Shown here: positions 1 through 8,605 of the stretch, piece after piece
Position numbering within the stretch: position 1 is the first letter of the stretch
How the letters are laid out: every line of letters starts with the position of its first letter
Virus record (IMG/VR): IMGVR_UViG_3300033073_001410
Location: 53,521 to 73,520 of that record
Direction: 5' to 3' (one strand)
From: an uncultured virus (IMG/VR IMGVR_UViG_3300033073_001410)
Lineage: Duplodnaviria; Heunggongvirae; Uroviricota; Caudoviricetes
Length of the DNA stretch: 20,000 nt
Notes under the pieces: model-generated
Seen by the model: the letters and a program-made list of their open reading frames with translations, nothing else
Databases searched by the model: none
Told to the model about the DNA's origin: nothing
Program-made: the position numbers and the translations under genes

Positions 1-2
1 TG

Positions 3-749
3 TATAGAATGTCCAGTGATATATTTCCTTGGTGTTCAGAATACGAAATTAAGGATTTACCCGATTATGAAGCTATCCGGGACATTTTAAGGTCGTGTGG
101 TAACTTTGCAAAAACAACGGGTCAGAGAATAACTTTCCATCCATCTCCTTACGGAGTTCTGGCTTCGGATAGACCAGAGGTAGTAAAAAAAGCTCTAAAA
201 GAGATCGCACAGCACGCAGAGATCTTCGATATAATGGAATTAGATCAAAACCATTATTATCCGATTAACGTGCACGTAAACACAACTAAACCATCAAAAG
301 AAGAGGCTGCAGAAAGATTCTGTTTGCACTTTCAGCTTTTACCTGACTCAGCAAAGAAAAGATTGGTATTAGAAGTGGATGATAAAAGATCACAGTTTCA
401 TTCCGTTGATCTATATGAAATGGTACACAAAAAAATTGGTATCCCAGTAACTTTTGATTACTTACATAATCAGTGCAATCCACCAGAGGGCTTAACGGAG
501 GAGGAGTCTTTAGGACTATGTCTTTCTACCTGGCCAGAAGGAATAACCCCAATAACACATTATTCCGATTCCAGAAGAATTTTCGAGGATTCCTCCGCAA
601 AAGAGGTTGCTCATTCCGATTGGATTTGGAAATCCCCCGAAACTTATGGTCTTGACTTTGATATAGAGTTTGAGGTTAAAATGAAAGATTTAGCTCTCAT
701 GAAATACATAAAAGAAAAAGAACTGCTATATGAGGTCAAAAAATTCTAA
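3..749 (+). CDS. uvsE: UV-damage endonuclease (UvsE/UVDE family, TIM barrel), 5'-truncated by the window edge
   Basis: The frame is open from nt 3 (Y-R-MSSDIFPW) and matches the UVDE 'RxSSxxFP' motif. Also present: 'RITFHP', 'NVHV', 'RLVLEVDD', 'PVTFDYLHNQCNP', 'THYS', 'AHSDW', 'DIEFEVKMKDLA'. Confidence 0.9.
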   Translation, partial: YRMSSDIFPWCSEYEIKDLPDYEAIRDILRSCGNFAKTTGQRITFHPSPYGVLASDRPEVVKKALKEIAQHAEIFDIMELDQNHYYPINVHVNTTKPSKEEAAERFCLHFQLLPDSAKKRLVLEVDDKRSQFHSVDLYEMVHKKIGIPVTFDYLHNQCNPPEGLTEEESLGLCLSTWPEGITPITHYSDSRRIFEDSSAKEVAHSDWIWKSPETYGLDFDIEFEVKMKDLALMKYIKEKELLYEVKKF

Positions 750-972
750 AGAAATCGATGAGTTTGAGCAACAGATAAACAATCAAGACGTAAACTCACA
801 GATTAAATACAGAGTAGATCGTGCTCTAGAAGCTTCCATTAAATATGATTATCTAGTAGAGACATTCGGGGAAGAGAAGGTTAATTCCATAGTAAAGGAT
901 TCTATCGATCTGTTCGATGTTGACTTTTACAATGAGGTAAAAGAAAAATTAGAATCAGGTAGAGATGTTTGA
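730..972 (+). CDS. hypothetical protein (80 aa)
   Basis: ORF overlaps both neighbours in an operon-like manner; no recognisable motif. Confidence 0.7.
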   Translation: MRSKNSKEIDEFEQQINNQDVNSQIKYRVDRALEASIKYDYLVETFGEEKVNSIVKDSIDLFDVDFYNEVKEKLESGRDV

Positions 973-1321
973 TGATAATGACGAGGAATTCGAGATGGAG
1001 AGAACTAGAGAACCACTTAAGCATCCCCAATACGATATTCTAAGAAATCACATAGAAAGATCCGTTCAGGATATGTTTCTTACCTCATTAAGAAGTCAGC
1101 CAATAGAGCTCGTTTTCATATTTGAGACTGAAGAACAGATAGACGGGTTTACCAATAGAATTCTAAAGTATTGGGAGAATCTGGAAAAATATGAGATCTG
1201 TTCCGAGGTAATTGAATTGAGCAAACAGCTGAAAGATAAGTGGAAGGATCGGGATAACTTAGAAAAAACTGAAGGACTTCTTAGAATAAGAGACATCTTC
1301 AGATCCACTTTTAATGCTTAA
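965..1321 (+). CDS. hypothetical protein with UVR-like motif (YWENLEKYEICSEVIEL)
   Basis: Tightly packed ORF; its E-x-Y-E-x-C motif is shared with ORFs at 16947-17685. Confidence 0.75.
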   Translation: MFDDNDEEFEMERTREPLKHPQYDILRNHIERSVQDMFLTSLRSQPIELVFIFETEEQIDGFTNRILKYWENLEKYEICSEVIELSKQLKDKWKDRDNLEKTEGLLRIRDIFRSTFNA

Positions 1322-1324
1322 ATC

Positions 1325-2356
1325 ATGACCGGAAAGGACTATTATAAAATTCTGGAAGTTAGTAAAAATGCTACTCCCGATGAGATAAAAAAAGCTTACA
1401 GAAAACTAGCACATAAGCATCACCCAGATAAGGCGGGTAATACTGATGGGGCCAAAGAGAAATTCCAGGAAATAGTGGAAGCATACGAGACTCTCTCTAA
1501 CCCAGATAAGAAATCAGCTTATGATAATCCATTTGCCAGAGCTGGACAGAACTGGAACTGGCAGAACGCAAATCCATTCCAAACTGGAGATTTTTCTAGT
1601 TTCTTCACAGGAAGGTCTCAGCAAAGAGAAACGATGATAAACAAGGGAAGAAATCTTAGCTCCTATGTTTCAGTTACTCTAGAGGAGATGATGACCGGAT
1701 GTATTAAAAAAATTAGGGTAAACAGGAGAGTTCAGTGTGATCCATGTAAAGGTACTGGAGCTGAAAATGGAGAAACTATAGGATGTCACCACTGTGGTGG
1801 AATCGGTAAGGTTAACCGAACAGTCCAACATACCTTCGGAGAAATAGTTATGCAGGAAGATTGCTACAGCTGTAAAGGGAGCGGAGTAATTTCTAAAACT
1901 AACTGTAATAACTGCAGCGGATCCGGTTTAATAAGAAAAGAGGAAGAACTTGAAACCTCTATTCCCAAGGGATCGATAAGCGGGGTATCATATTTGGTTG
2001 TAGGTAAAGGAGACTGGGCAAAATCTCCAGCTAATCCTGGTGACTTAATTATAAACGTAGAGGAATATGCTCACGCAACATATAGAAGAGATGGAATAAA
2101 TCTTATACACGATAAGTACCTTTCTTTTAAGGAGGCATGTTTGGGATCAACCCTAGACATTCCCGATCTTAAAGGTTCCACACTAAGAATAAAAATCCCT
2201 CCTGGTACTTCATCAGAGAAGGTTTTTAGATTACAAGGAAAAGGAATACCTGAATTTAATGGTATCGGAAATGGAGACATTTTGGTTAAGACCTATATAA
2301 GGATACCAAGCGATTTAAGTGAAGAACAAATAAAAGCTTTAGAATTATTCGAATGA
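1325..2356 (+). CDS. dnaJ: DnaJ/Hsp40 co-chaperone, class A
   Basis: J domain (KDYYKILEV...HHPDK), short G/F-like linker, four CxxCxGxG repeats ([32 protein letters not shown]) and a C-terminal domain (GDL...FRLQGKGIP...GDILV). Confidence 0.96.
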   Translation: MTGKDYYKILEVSKNATPDEIKKAYRKLAHKHHPDKAGNTDGAKEKFQEIVEAYETLSNPDKKSAYDNPFARAGQNWNWQNANPFQTGDFSSFFTGRSQQRETMINKGRNLSSYVSVTLEEMMTGCIKKIRVNRRVQCDPCKGTGAENGETIGCHHCGGIGKVNRTVQHTFGEIVMQEDCYSCKGSGVISKTNCNNCSGSGLIRKEEELETSIPKGSISGVSYLVVGKGDWAKSPANPGDLIINVEEYAHATYRRDGINLIHDKYLSFKEACLGSTLDIPDLKGSTLRIKIPPGTSSEKVFRLQGKGIPEFNGIGNGDILVKTYIRIPSDLSEEQIKALELFE

Positions 2357-2667
2357 TTGAATTTATTATTATTATGCTACTCTTTGGTTTTTCTGTTACA
2401 ACCACAGTAGTCAACGGATCTATATTTGATAACCTGAGAAATTGGGCTCTTGTGAAATTGCCTTTCATTGGTAAGCTACTCACATGTATAATGTGCTTTG
2501 GTTTTTGGATTGGCGTTTTGATTTTCTATCCTCTTAACTTTATGGGATTCTTAGAACCTATTGGGGAAATGCCAATTTGGTTTAACTATATTTTCTACCC
2601 GTTCATACAGAGCTCAACTGGAATGGTTTTAGAATCAGTGATAATATTTTTTAGAAAATCTAAATAA
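2353..2667 (+). CDS. small membrane protein with CxxC motif (DUF1360-like)
   Basis: Hydrophobic segments and 'IFDNLR...[13 protein letters not shown]' resemble DUF1360. ATGA overlap with the dnaJ stop. Confidence 0.65.
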   Translation: MIEFIIIMLLFGFSVTTTVVNGSIFDNLRNWALVKLPFIGKLLTCIMCFGFWIGVLIFYPLNFMGFLEPIGEMPIWFNYIFYPFIQSSTGMVLESVIIFFRKSK

Positions 2668-2668
2668 A

Positions 2669-4066
2669 ATGAGTCAGCTTAATATATCAGAGCAAATAAA
2701 CACCCAATATCGAACATACGCACTATATGTTTTACAAAGCAGAGGTATACCAAACTTCTATGACGCTCTAACACCAGTACAGAGATTAATACTTGAAAAC
2801 TCACCCTCTAGATTCAATAAGACCATAGGCTTGGTTGGAGAGGTAATTAAAACCGGACTATATCACCACGGGGATTCATCCCTGGCAGGAGCAATTTCTA
2901 AATTAGCCAGACCTTTTGGCTGTTCATATGGTGTATTAGAGGGAGACGGATTCTTCGGATCCCCGGTTAATCCAAGTCCATCCGCACCAAGGTATACCTC
3001 AGTTAGAGTTAATCAAAAAATAAAGGATATCATCTTTAAGAACTATGATCTTAATGAGAAAAACCAGGAGGGAGGTCACGATTGGATTCATGTAGAATTT
3101 CCAGTTGGTCTATTAACTCATGTTGTAGGAATAGCGGTTGGGTACAGAAGTAACATCTTACCCAGAAAAATGGAGGACGTTGCTGAGTATCTTCAAGGAA
3201 CACCTAAACTTCTTAAACCCTACTTTAGAGATTTCTCTGGAAAGATCACGAAATGGATGAACGAGGATAGTTCTTGGCTCATTGAAAGTGGATTTGAAGT
3301 AGATAAGAATAAGAAGTTAGTTAGAATCTTTGACTTACCTCCGGTAATGAGATACGATAGCTTTATCAGCAAGCTGGACGATAAATTAGATAGATCTGGA
3401 CATGATTATAGGATAGAGAATAGATCTCAGAGTAAATGTGATCTCATCGTTTCCTTTAGAGGTATGAATCCGGAGACATTTGATGAAGTGGTTGCGATGA
3501 TTTCCAAATTGACCAAGATCATCGTGAAGGAGGATGTCATCTTCGTTAAGGACGGTAACGTGATGGAGTTTTCATCTGTCAAGGATTACTTGGATCACTT
3601 TAAAACCCACTTAGAGCTTGTCAGATTAAAAAGATTAATAAGGGACGAATATGACTTCTCCAGAGAATTAGCTTTTCTTGAGGCAAAATTAAAATTCTTG
3701 AATTTTATGATCGCTAAGAAGAGGAACAATAAAGAGATTACTGAGTTCGTTTCTCAATTTGAATCCTGGATTTCCTCTAGACTACAGAAAATAGAAGCTG
3801 TAAAGCTTAGCGTCGAGCACATAAAGCAAACCGAGGAGGATATCAAAGAGATCAAGAAAAAAATAGCCCAATTGAAGAAAGATATAAAGGATCAAGAGAA
3901 AAACTACAAGAAGGTTTGTAAAGATCTGGAGAAAATATCTAAAACGAAGCAGACCAAAATAGTCAACAGCTTATTTGAAGAAACCCAAATTAACGGGATA
4001 GAAATATTCCAGGTTGAGGAGGAAGAAGAAAAAGTTGAGGAAATTGAGGAAGAAGATGAAATTTAA
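2669..4066 (+). CDS. type IIA DNA topoisomerase, A (breakage-reunion) subunit, T4 gp52/GyrA/ParC-like without beta-pinwheel CTD
   Basis: 'YALYVLQSRGIPNFYDALTPVQR', 'YHHGDSS', 'GDGFFGS', catalytic Tyr in 'SAPRYT', 'GIAVGY'; C-terminal coiled coil and acidic tail. Confidence 0.92.
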   Translation: MSQLNISEQINTQYRTYALYVLQSRGIPNFYDALTPVQRLILENSPSRFNKTIGLVGEVIKTGLYHHGDSSLAGAISKLARPFGCSYGVLEGDGFFGSPVNPSPSAPRYTSVRVNQKIKDIIFKNYDLNEKNQEGGHDWIHVEFPVGLLTHVVGIAVGYRSNILPRKMEDVAEYLQGTPKLLKPYFRDFSGKITKWMNEDSSWLIESGFEVDKNKKLVRIFDLPPVMRYDSFISKLDDKLDRSGHDYRIENRSQSKCDLIVSFRGMNPETFDEVVAMISKLTKIIVKEDVIFVKDGNVMEFSSVKDYLDHFKTHLELVRLKRLIRDEYDFSRELAFLEAKLKFLNFMIAKKRNNKEITEFVSQFESWISSRLQKIEAVKLSVEHIKQTEEDIKEIKKKIAQLKKDIKDQEKNYKKVCKDLEKISKTKQTKIVNSLFEETQINGIEIFQVEEEEEKVEEIEEEDEI

Positions 4067-4103
4067 AAGTAAATCCACAGTAAGAACTATTAAAAGATAA
4101 AAT

Positions 4104-4868
4104 ATGAGACTGAGAATCACAAGCACAGGGAATCTGATCACTCTATTGAAAAGATTAAAATCAGTAGAGAAAAGCGTTATCCTGGAATTAAGGGAGGATG
4201 GAATTTTTTCCAAGGTACACACACCAGACAAATCAGTAATGAAATATTCATCGGTTAAATTCGATGATGTTTTAGAAGGCGACATCGATTGGAAATCAAT
4301 CAAATGTGACCGAATTAAAATAGGAATTATCGACGTTACAAGGCTAATTGACGCTTTTAAGCATTTCAGACCTGAGGAAGAGATCTTTATTGAAATCCCT
4401 ACAGAAATGGTTGATGGATCATGTATATCTACGGAGATCAAATTAATCTCGGCTTCACTTAGTATTAAATTAAAATGTGCAGATCTTTCCTTACTTTCTT
4501 ATGTTGAAGATTCTATCTTGGATCTGGTACATAGCAGAGAAGATGCTTTGATGAGATTTAAGATCTACCAATCAGACTTTACTACCATAACATCTCTATG
4601 CGGACTAGAAACAAATTCTGAAGAGATCCTATGTTTTGATGTAAAGGAAAAGAATGTTTATGCTATTGGTGATTCCTTTAACTATAAATTAAATATCGGA
4701 TCCTCTGAAATCATTCTGGAGGACGGATCAAATTCTCCTAACATTTACAAAAAAGAACTATCATACATGGAGCCTGAAACATGCGAGGTATACGTACATG
4801 ATAATAGAATGGTAATGGTTTCTGAACAATCGGCTACTTCAATAGCAATGGGATTAGTAGAAAAATAA
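4104..4868 (+). CDS. probable DNA polymerase sliding clamp (gp45/PCNA-like)
   Basis: 254 aa acidic protein with a two-domain-sized alternating beta/alpha pattern, located directly upstream of the PolB gene. The call rests on size, pattern and context only. Confidence 0.55.
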   Translation: MRLRITSTGNLITLLKRLKSVEKSVILELREDGIFSKVHTPDKSVMKYSSVKFDDVLEGDIDWKSIKCDRIKIGIIDVTRLIDAFKHFRPEEEIFIEIPTEMVDGSCISTEIKLISASLSIKLKCADLSLLSYVEDSILDLVHSREDALMRFKIYQSDFTTITSLCGLETNSEEILCFDVKEKNVYAIGDSFNYKLNIGSSEIILEDGSNSPNIYKKELSYMEPETCEVYVHDNRMVMVSEQSATSIAMGLVEK

Positions 4869-4872
4869 GAAT

Positions 4873-6021
4873 ATGACCCAGGAAGAAATACTAGAAATAA
4901 AAGAAAGGATAGAAAGTCTTACCTCGCTCAAGAATGAGCTTAAGAATGAGGAACAGGCAATTAAGTTAACGATGAACTCCATCTACGGAGCGATCGGGAA
5001 CAACTGGTTTGTTTGCTTCAATCCTGACGTAGCAGAATCGGTAACGCTTCAGGGACAAGATTTAATAAAATATTCTGAGAAGATTCTACATAAGTACTTT
5101 CATGAGCACTGGCATCTTGATAAGGAGTTACATGAAAAGCTTGGTGTTACTGATGTTAAAAGGGTGATTAAACCTCTGGTAGTTTATGGAGATACTGATT
5201 CTAATTATGTTACATTCCAGGAAGTAGTGGATTCATGTAACTATCAGGGAGACGATAAAGAGCTTATCCTAAAGATAAACGAATATCGATTAAATGATTA
5301 CTTAAAGAAATGCTTCGATATTTACTCTAAAAAATGGAATACCGATAACTATCAGGATTTTGAGCTTGAAACTCTTTCTTATAATGGTATATTCCTAGGT
5401 AAGAAAAAATATGTGGTTAACCTTGCTTATGATTCAGGTATACACACTGACGCCCTTTCTCAATTGAAATTCACAGGGGTGGAGATGATTAAAGGGGGTA
5501 CACCTCCTTTTGTTAGAGAGAAACTTGTATATCTGACAAAGTTCATATTCTCAAAAGGTAGAAATTTTGACATTCGTGAGTTTGTTAAGGAGCTTAAGAA
5601 TATAAAGAAGGACTTTAAAGTTCAGGAGCCCAAGAGTATTTCAGCTTCAGTGAATATCAATAACTACGAGAAGTTTATACTTAATGACACTACTGGATTC
5701 GAGGTGGCTAAGGCATGTCCAATCCACGTAAGAGCATCAGGATACCATAATTATTTGCTAAATAATTCTAAATATAAAAGCAAATACTCTTTGATCAGAA
5801 GCTCAGAGAAAGTCAACTACTATTTCGTTAAAACTAAATCGATCGCAGATAACAACGTATTTGCTTATCCACAGGGGACATATCCATATGAGTTTGCCCC
5901 GCCGATTGATTATGACGAGCAGTTTACTAAAACTATTCTCGATCCCATTAATAGATTCATCGAAGTCATGGGATATAATAAGATAAGTCCGAATCTATTC
6001 ATGATTAATGCTCTTTTTTGA
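4873..6021 (+). CDS. family B DNA polymerase, C-terminal subunit (fingers-palm-thumb) of a split enzyme
   Basis: Motif B 'KLTMNSIYG', 'ESVTLQGQ', motif C 'YGDTDS', 'KKKY', 'TGVEM'. No motif A (DxxSLYPS) and no 3'-5' exonuclease domain. Confidence 0.9.
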   Translation: MTQEEILEIKERIESLTSLKNELKNEEQAIKLTMNSIYGAIGNNWFVCFNPDVAESVTLQGQDLIKYSEKILHKYFHEHWHLDKELHEKLGVTDVKRVIKPLVVYGDTDSNYVTFQEVVDSCNYQGDDKELILKINEYRLNDYLKKCFDIYSKKWNTDNYQDFELETLSYNGIFLGKKKYVVNLAYDSGIHTDALSQLKFTGVEMIKGGTPPFVREKLVYLTKFIFSKGRNFDIREFVKELKNIKKDFKVQEPKSISASVNINNYEKFILNDTTGFEVAKACPIHVRASGYHNYLLNNSKYKSKYSLIRSSEKVNYYFVKTKSIADNNVFAYPQGTYPYEFAPPIDYDEQFTKTILDPINRFIEVMGYNKISPNLFMINALF

Positions 6022-6023
6022 TT

Positions 6024-6218
6024 ATGGGATTTCATAAGAGACACATACCTGAATTAGAGAAATTAAAAGAAATAAGAACCTCTTGCAACGATGATAAAGA
6101 ATTTTTGGATAGGATCGTTGGTAGAGCGGATGCTTTCGTCGGTTCTAAAGAATCTATGCAGTATTTGGACCAAGTTTACGAAGAAATCAAAAAAAGAGAA
6201 GAAGGTCATGAGGAGTGA
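6024..6218 (+). CDS. hypothetical protein (MGFHKRHI...)
   Basis: ATG at 6024, just after the polB stop; packed between genes. Confidence 0.7.
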   Translation: MGFHKRHIPELEKLKEIRTSCNDDKEFLDRIVGRADAFVGSKESMQYLDQVYEEIKKREEGHEE

Positions 6219-6501
6219 GGAAGAGATTAAAGAATATCTTATAGATTCCTTAAATGCTGTTGTTTTTACCGGCAGGGAATATGAGGAGTATAAATTACTT
6301 ATGATAGAGGAGGCAAACGATATACTTTCTGATAAGAAAAGATACGTGATATCAAGTCCACTCCCTATACACTCAAAATTATCCAGAATTAATGATCTTA
6401 TAGACTTTTTTACTATCCAGGAGGAGAAAGAAATAGTCAAAGATTTGACTGCTCTAAGAGATTCGGTTAGACTTCGTTTCTATTTCGAAGAATTCGTATA
6501 A
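6208..6501 (+). CDS. hypothetical protein, degenerate UVR-like C-terminus (FFTIQEEKEIVKDLTALRD)
   Basis: The in-frame ATG at 6208 overlaps the previous gene end and is more plausible than the ORF-track start at 6091. Confidence 0.7.
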   Translation: MRSEEEIKEYLIDSLNAVVFTGREYEEYKLLMIEEANDILSDKKRYVISSPLPIHSKLSRINDLIDFFTIQEEKEIVKDLTALRDSVRLRFYFEEFV

Positions 6502-6516
6502 AATCCCTTCGATTGG

Positions 6517-6524
6517 GATATATA
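6517..6524 (+). promoter_or_regulatory. candidate second-class (late?) promoter element GATATATA
   Basis: Intergenic GATATATA 22 nt upstream of the rimK-like ATG; a second intergenic copy lies at 16484-16491. Confidence 0.35.
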
Positions 6525-6545
6525 AGAAGCAAAATAAATTACAAC

Positions 6546-8003
6546 ATGTCATCTAATAGAGTACTTGATTTTTTCTCCTATATTAATGAATCTAAGGGGG
6601 AAACTACAAAAATAGTGGTTTTAACGGGGAACGTTAAAGGAAGTAAAACATCCAAATCCTTCGAAGAGGAATGTAAGAAGAGAAAAATTGAGTGTCATAT
6701 AGTAGATGTTAATGATGTCATTTTAGAAAAGGCTTACAATGGTCACATCATTAAAACCGGAGAGGATCAGATTACGATAGATCCTAATTCTACTGTGATA
6801 GTACCAAGAAGAGGGGTCTTAGAAAACTCATATACGAAGCAGGTGTTAACGTATTTAGAAGATGCTAGATACTTTACAGTTAATACTCTCGAATCTATGG
6901 AAGTGTGCGAGAATAAATACCTCACTTCTCAAGTTTTAGAGGAGAGCGGCTTACCAGTTCCTAGATGTGCATTAGTACCCAATGAGGATTTTTTAGACTC
7001 TGCATTGAAAGAAATAGGTGGTAAATTTCCGGTAGTTATGAAGCTTCTATCAGGTACTCAAGGTATTGGGGTTTCTATAGTTGATTCTTACTCTTCATTA
7101 AAATCGGTTTATCAAACGATTAGAAAGCTTGATGGAAATAATGAGATCCTGATTCAAGAGAAAATAGATTCGAATTTTGACCTTAGAATCCAGGTAATAA
7201 TTAAGAAATTTGATCCTTTGCAACCAGATCCAGATAACTGTATGATTCTGGGATCTATGAAGAGACAAGCTGTTAAAAAGGATTTTAGAACAAATTACTC
7301 TTTAGGTGGATCTGTTTCTAAATATAATATTTCTAAGGAAATAGAAGAAATAGCATGTAAGGCTGCAAATGCAGTTGGATGTCACTGGTGTGGGGTTGAT
7401 ATAATGATAGACTCTAAAACTAAAAAACCTTACATCTTAGAGGTTAATTCATCTCCAGGAACCGAAGGTATATCACAGGCTATAGGTAAACCTATCGTGG
7501 ATGATGTAATAGATTACCTGGTAGAGAAAAGCAATTGGTCTTATTCTAATCTGGAAGTTGGGTATTTAGAGACTTTAGAAATTCCTGGATTAGGTTCAGT
7601 TGTAGCCAAATTCGATACTGGTAACGGAGCTAAATCATGCAGTATCCACTGTGATGAGGTAGAAGAAATAGACGGTAAACTGAAATGGAAAATCGGTAAG
7701 AAAAACTTCGTAAGTGATATAGTTGGATATTCAGATGCTGAAGTAGGTAAAGATATCCACACCAGACCAATTATCGAGATGGACATTTTATTCCACGGTG
7801 TATTGGTACCTGCAGTAAAAATATCTCCTGTCGACAGAACAGAGAAAAGCACACCATTCTTAGCAAATAGAGGATTTATGAGAAGACTTGGATTAATAGT
7901 TAATCCATATAAAGCCTTTGTAGTTTCGGAAGAGCCTAAGAAAGGATATGGTGCTGGTGCTTCAAAAGGAGAAGCCCACGCCGGAATTAAATTTGAAAAA
8001 TAA
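6546..8003 (+). CDS. rimK: RimK-family ATP-grasp (alpha-L-glutamate) ligase fused to C-terminal retropepsin-like RimB/'Zn_protease' peptidase domain
   Basis: ATP-grasp motifs 'CENKYLT', 'FPVVMKLLSGTQGIGV', 'LIQEKI', 'DLRI', 'DFRTNYSLGG', 'GVDIM', 'LEVNSSPG'. The C-terminal domain has 'VGYLETL...AKFDTGNGA..SIH...RP....DR......L.NR..M'. Confidence 0.88.
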   Translation: MSSNRVLDFFSYINESKGETTKIVVLTGNVKGSKTSKSFEEECKKRKIECHIVDVNDVILEKAYNGHIIKTGEDQITIDPNSTVIVPRRGVLENSYTKQVLTYLEDARYFTVNTLESMEVCENKYLTSQVLEESGLPVPRCALVPNEDFLDSALKEIGGKFPVVMKLLSGTQGIGVSIVDSYSSLKSVYQTIRKLDGNNEILIQEKIDSNFDLRIQVIIKKFDPLQPDPDNCMILGSMKRQAVKKDFRTNYSLGGSVSKYNISKEIEEIACKAANAVGCHWCGVDIMIDSKTKKPYILEVNSSPGTEGISQAIGKPIVDDVIDYLVEKSNWSYSNLEVGYLETLEIPGLGSVVAKFDTGNGAKSCSIHCDEVEEIDGKLKWKIGKKNFVSDIVGYSDAEVGKDIHTRPIIEMDILFHGVLVPAVKISPVDRTEKSTPFLANRGFMRRLGLIVNPYKAFVVSEEPKKGYGAGASKGEAHAGIKFEK

Positions 8004-8015
8004 CAAACAGATAAA

Positions 8016-8231
8016 ATGGAAAACCTAAAAGAGTTTGGTAGCATTAGCGAATCATCTAGCCAAGATGAAAAAACAGAAAAAATCCAAGTTCTTCTTTCCA
8101 AAGAAGATTTAACTGACTTGAGTAGAAAAATCTCCAAAGAAGCTCTTGCTAAAGGAGAAGCACCGGTTTCTATTTCTCATTACGTGAGAAAATTGATTAG
8201 AAGAAACCTAGGGAAAACTACTGAGGATTAA
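8016..8231 (+). CDS. small ribbon-helix-helix-like DNA-binding protein
   Basis: 'KIQVLLSKEDLTDL' (strand then helix) followed by 'SISHYVRKLIRR' fits the RHH pattern. Confidence 0.55.
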   Translation: MENLKEFGSISESSSQDEKTEKIQVLLSKEDLTDLSRKISKEALAKGEAPVSISHYVRKLIRRNLGKTTED

Positions 8232-8236
8232 TTTCT

Positions 8237-8557
8237 ATGCGACTGCTAATAGAATTTGACGATTACCTAGAAGATGATCTAGATCTGGGTGAGCCAGAAA
8301 AGGCAATGATTCGAAACTGGATACAGAAGTATGAAAAGTACTTCAATTTCCATAATAGTGGGGAATTCACTGATTCTATTGATCAGATAACAAAAGACTG
8401 TATAGAACAATTAGGAATCGATAAATCAAAAAGTGATGCAGTTCAAGATTACCTAGAAAGTCTATATACTCTTTCGGATGGACTATCAGTAGTGATGGCT
8501 CCTGGACCGGAATTACAATATACAAATATAGACCAAGTTCAGAGATTTCAATATTAA
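8237..8557 (+). CDS. hypothetical acidic protein
   Basis: 106 aa ORF, tightly packed. Confidence 0.75.
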   Translation: MRLLIEFDDYLEDDLDLGEPEKAMIRNWIQKYEKYFNFHNSGEFTDSIDQITKDCIEQLGIDKSKSDAVQDYLESLYTLSDGLSVVMAPGPELQYTNIDQVQRFQY

Positions 8558-8559
8558 TG

Positions 8560-8589
8560 TGAAACCTTTTTATATTTCCTTTGTATAAA
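8560..8589 (+). promoter_or_regulatory. promoter TGAAAC-N18-TATAAA upstream of the Ro60-like gene
   Basis: TGAAAC 8560-8565 and TATAAA 8584-8589; the same 18-nt spacing occurs at three other intergenic sites. Confidence 0.75.
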
Positions 8590-8605
8590 GGATAAAATAT
8601 CTTTT

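Noticed and set aside
473..655. Alternative-frame + strand ORFs nested in genes (473-655, 15255-15461, 16883-17089)
   Set aside because: They are fully overlapped by better-supported genes, with no motifs or initiation context.
4012..4060. GAG/GAA-rich repeat-like tract
   Set aside because: It simply encodes the acidic tail of the topoisomerase subunit.
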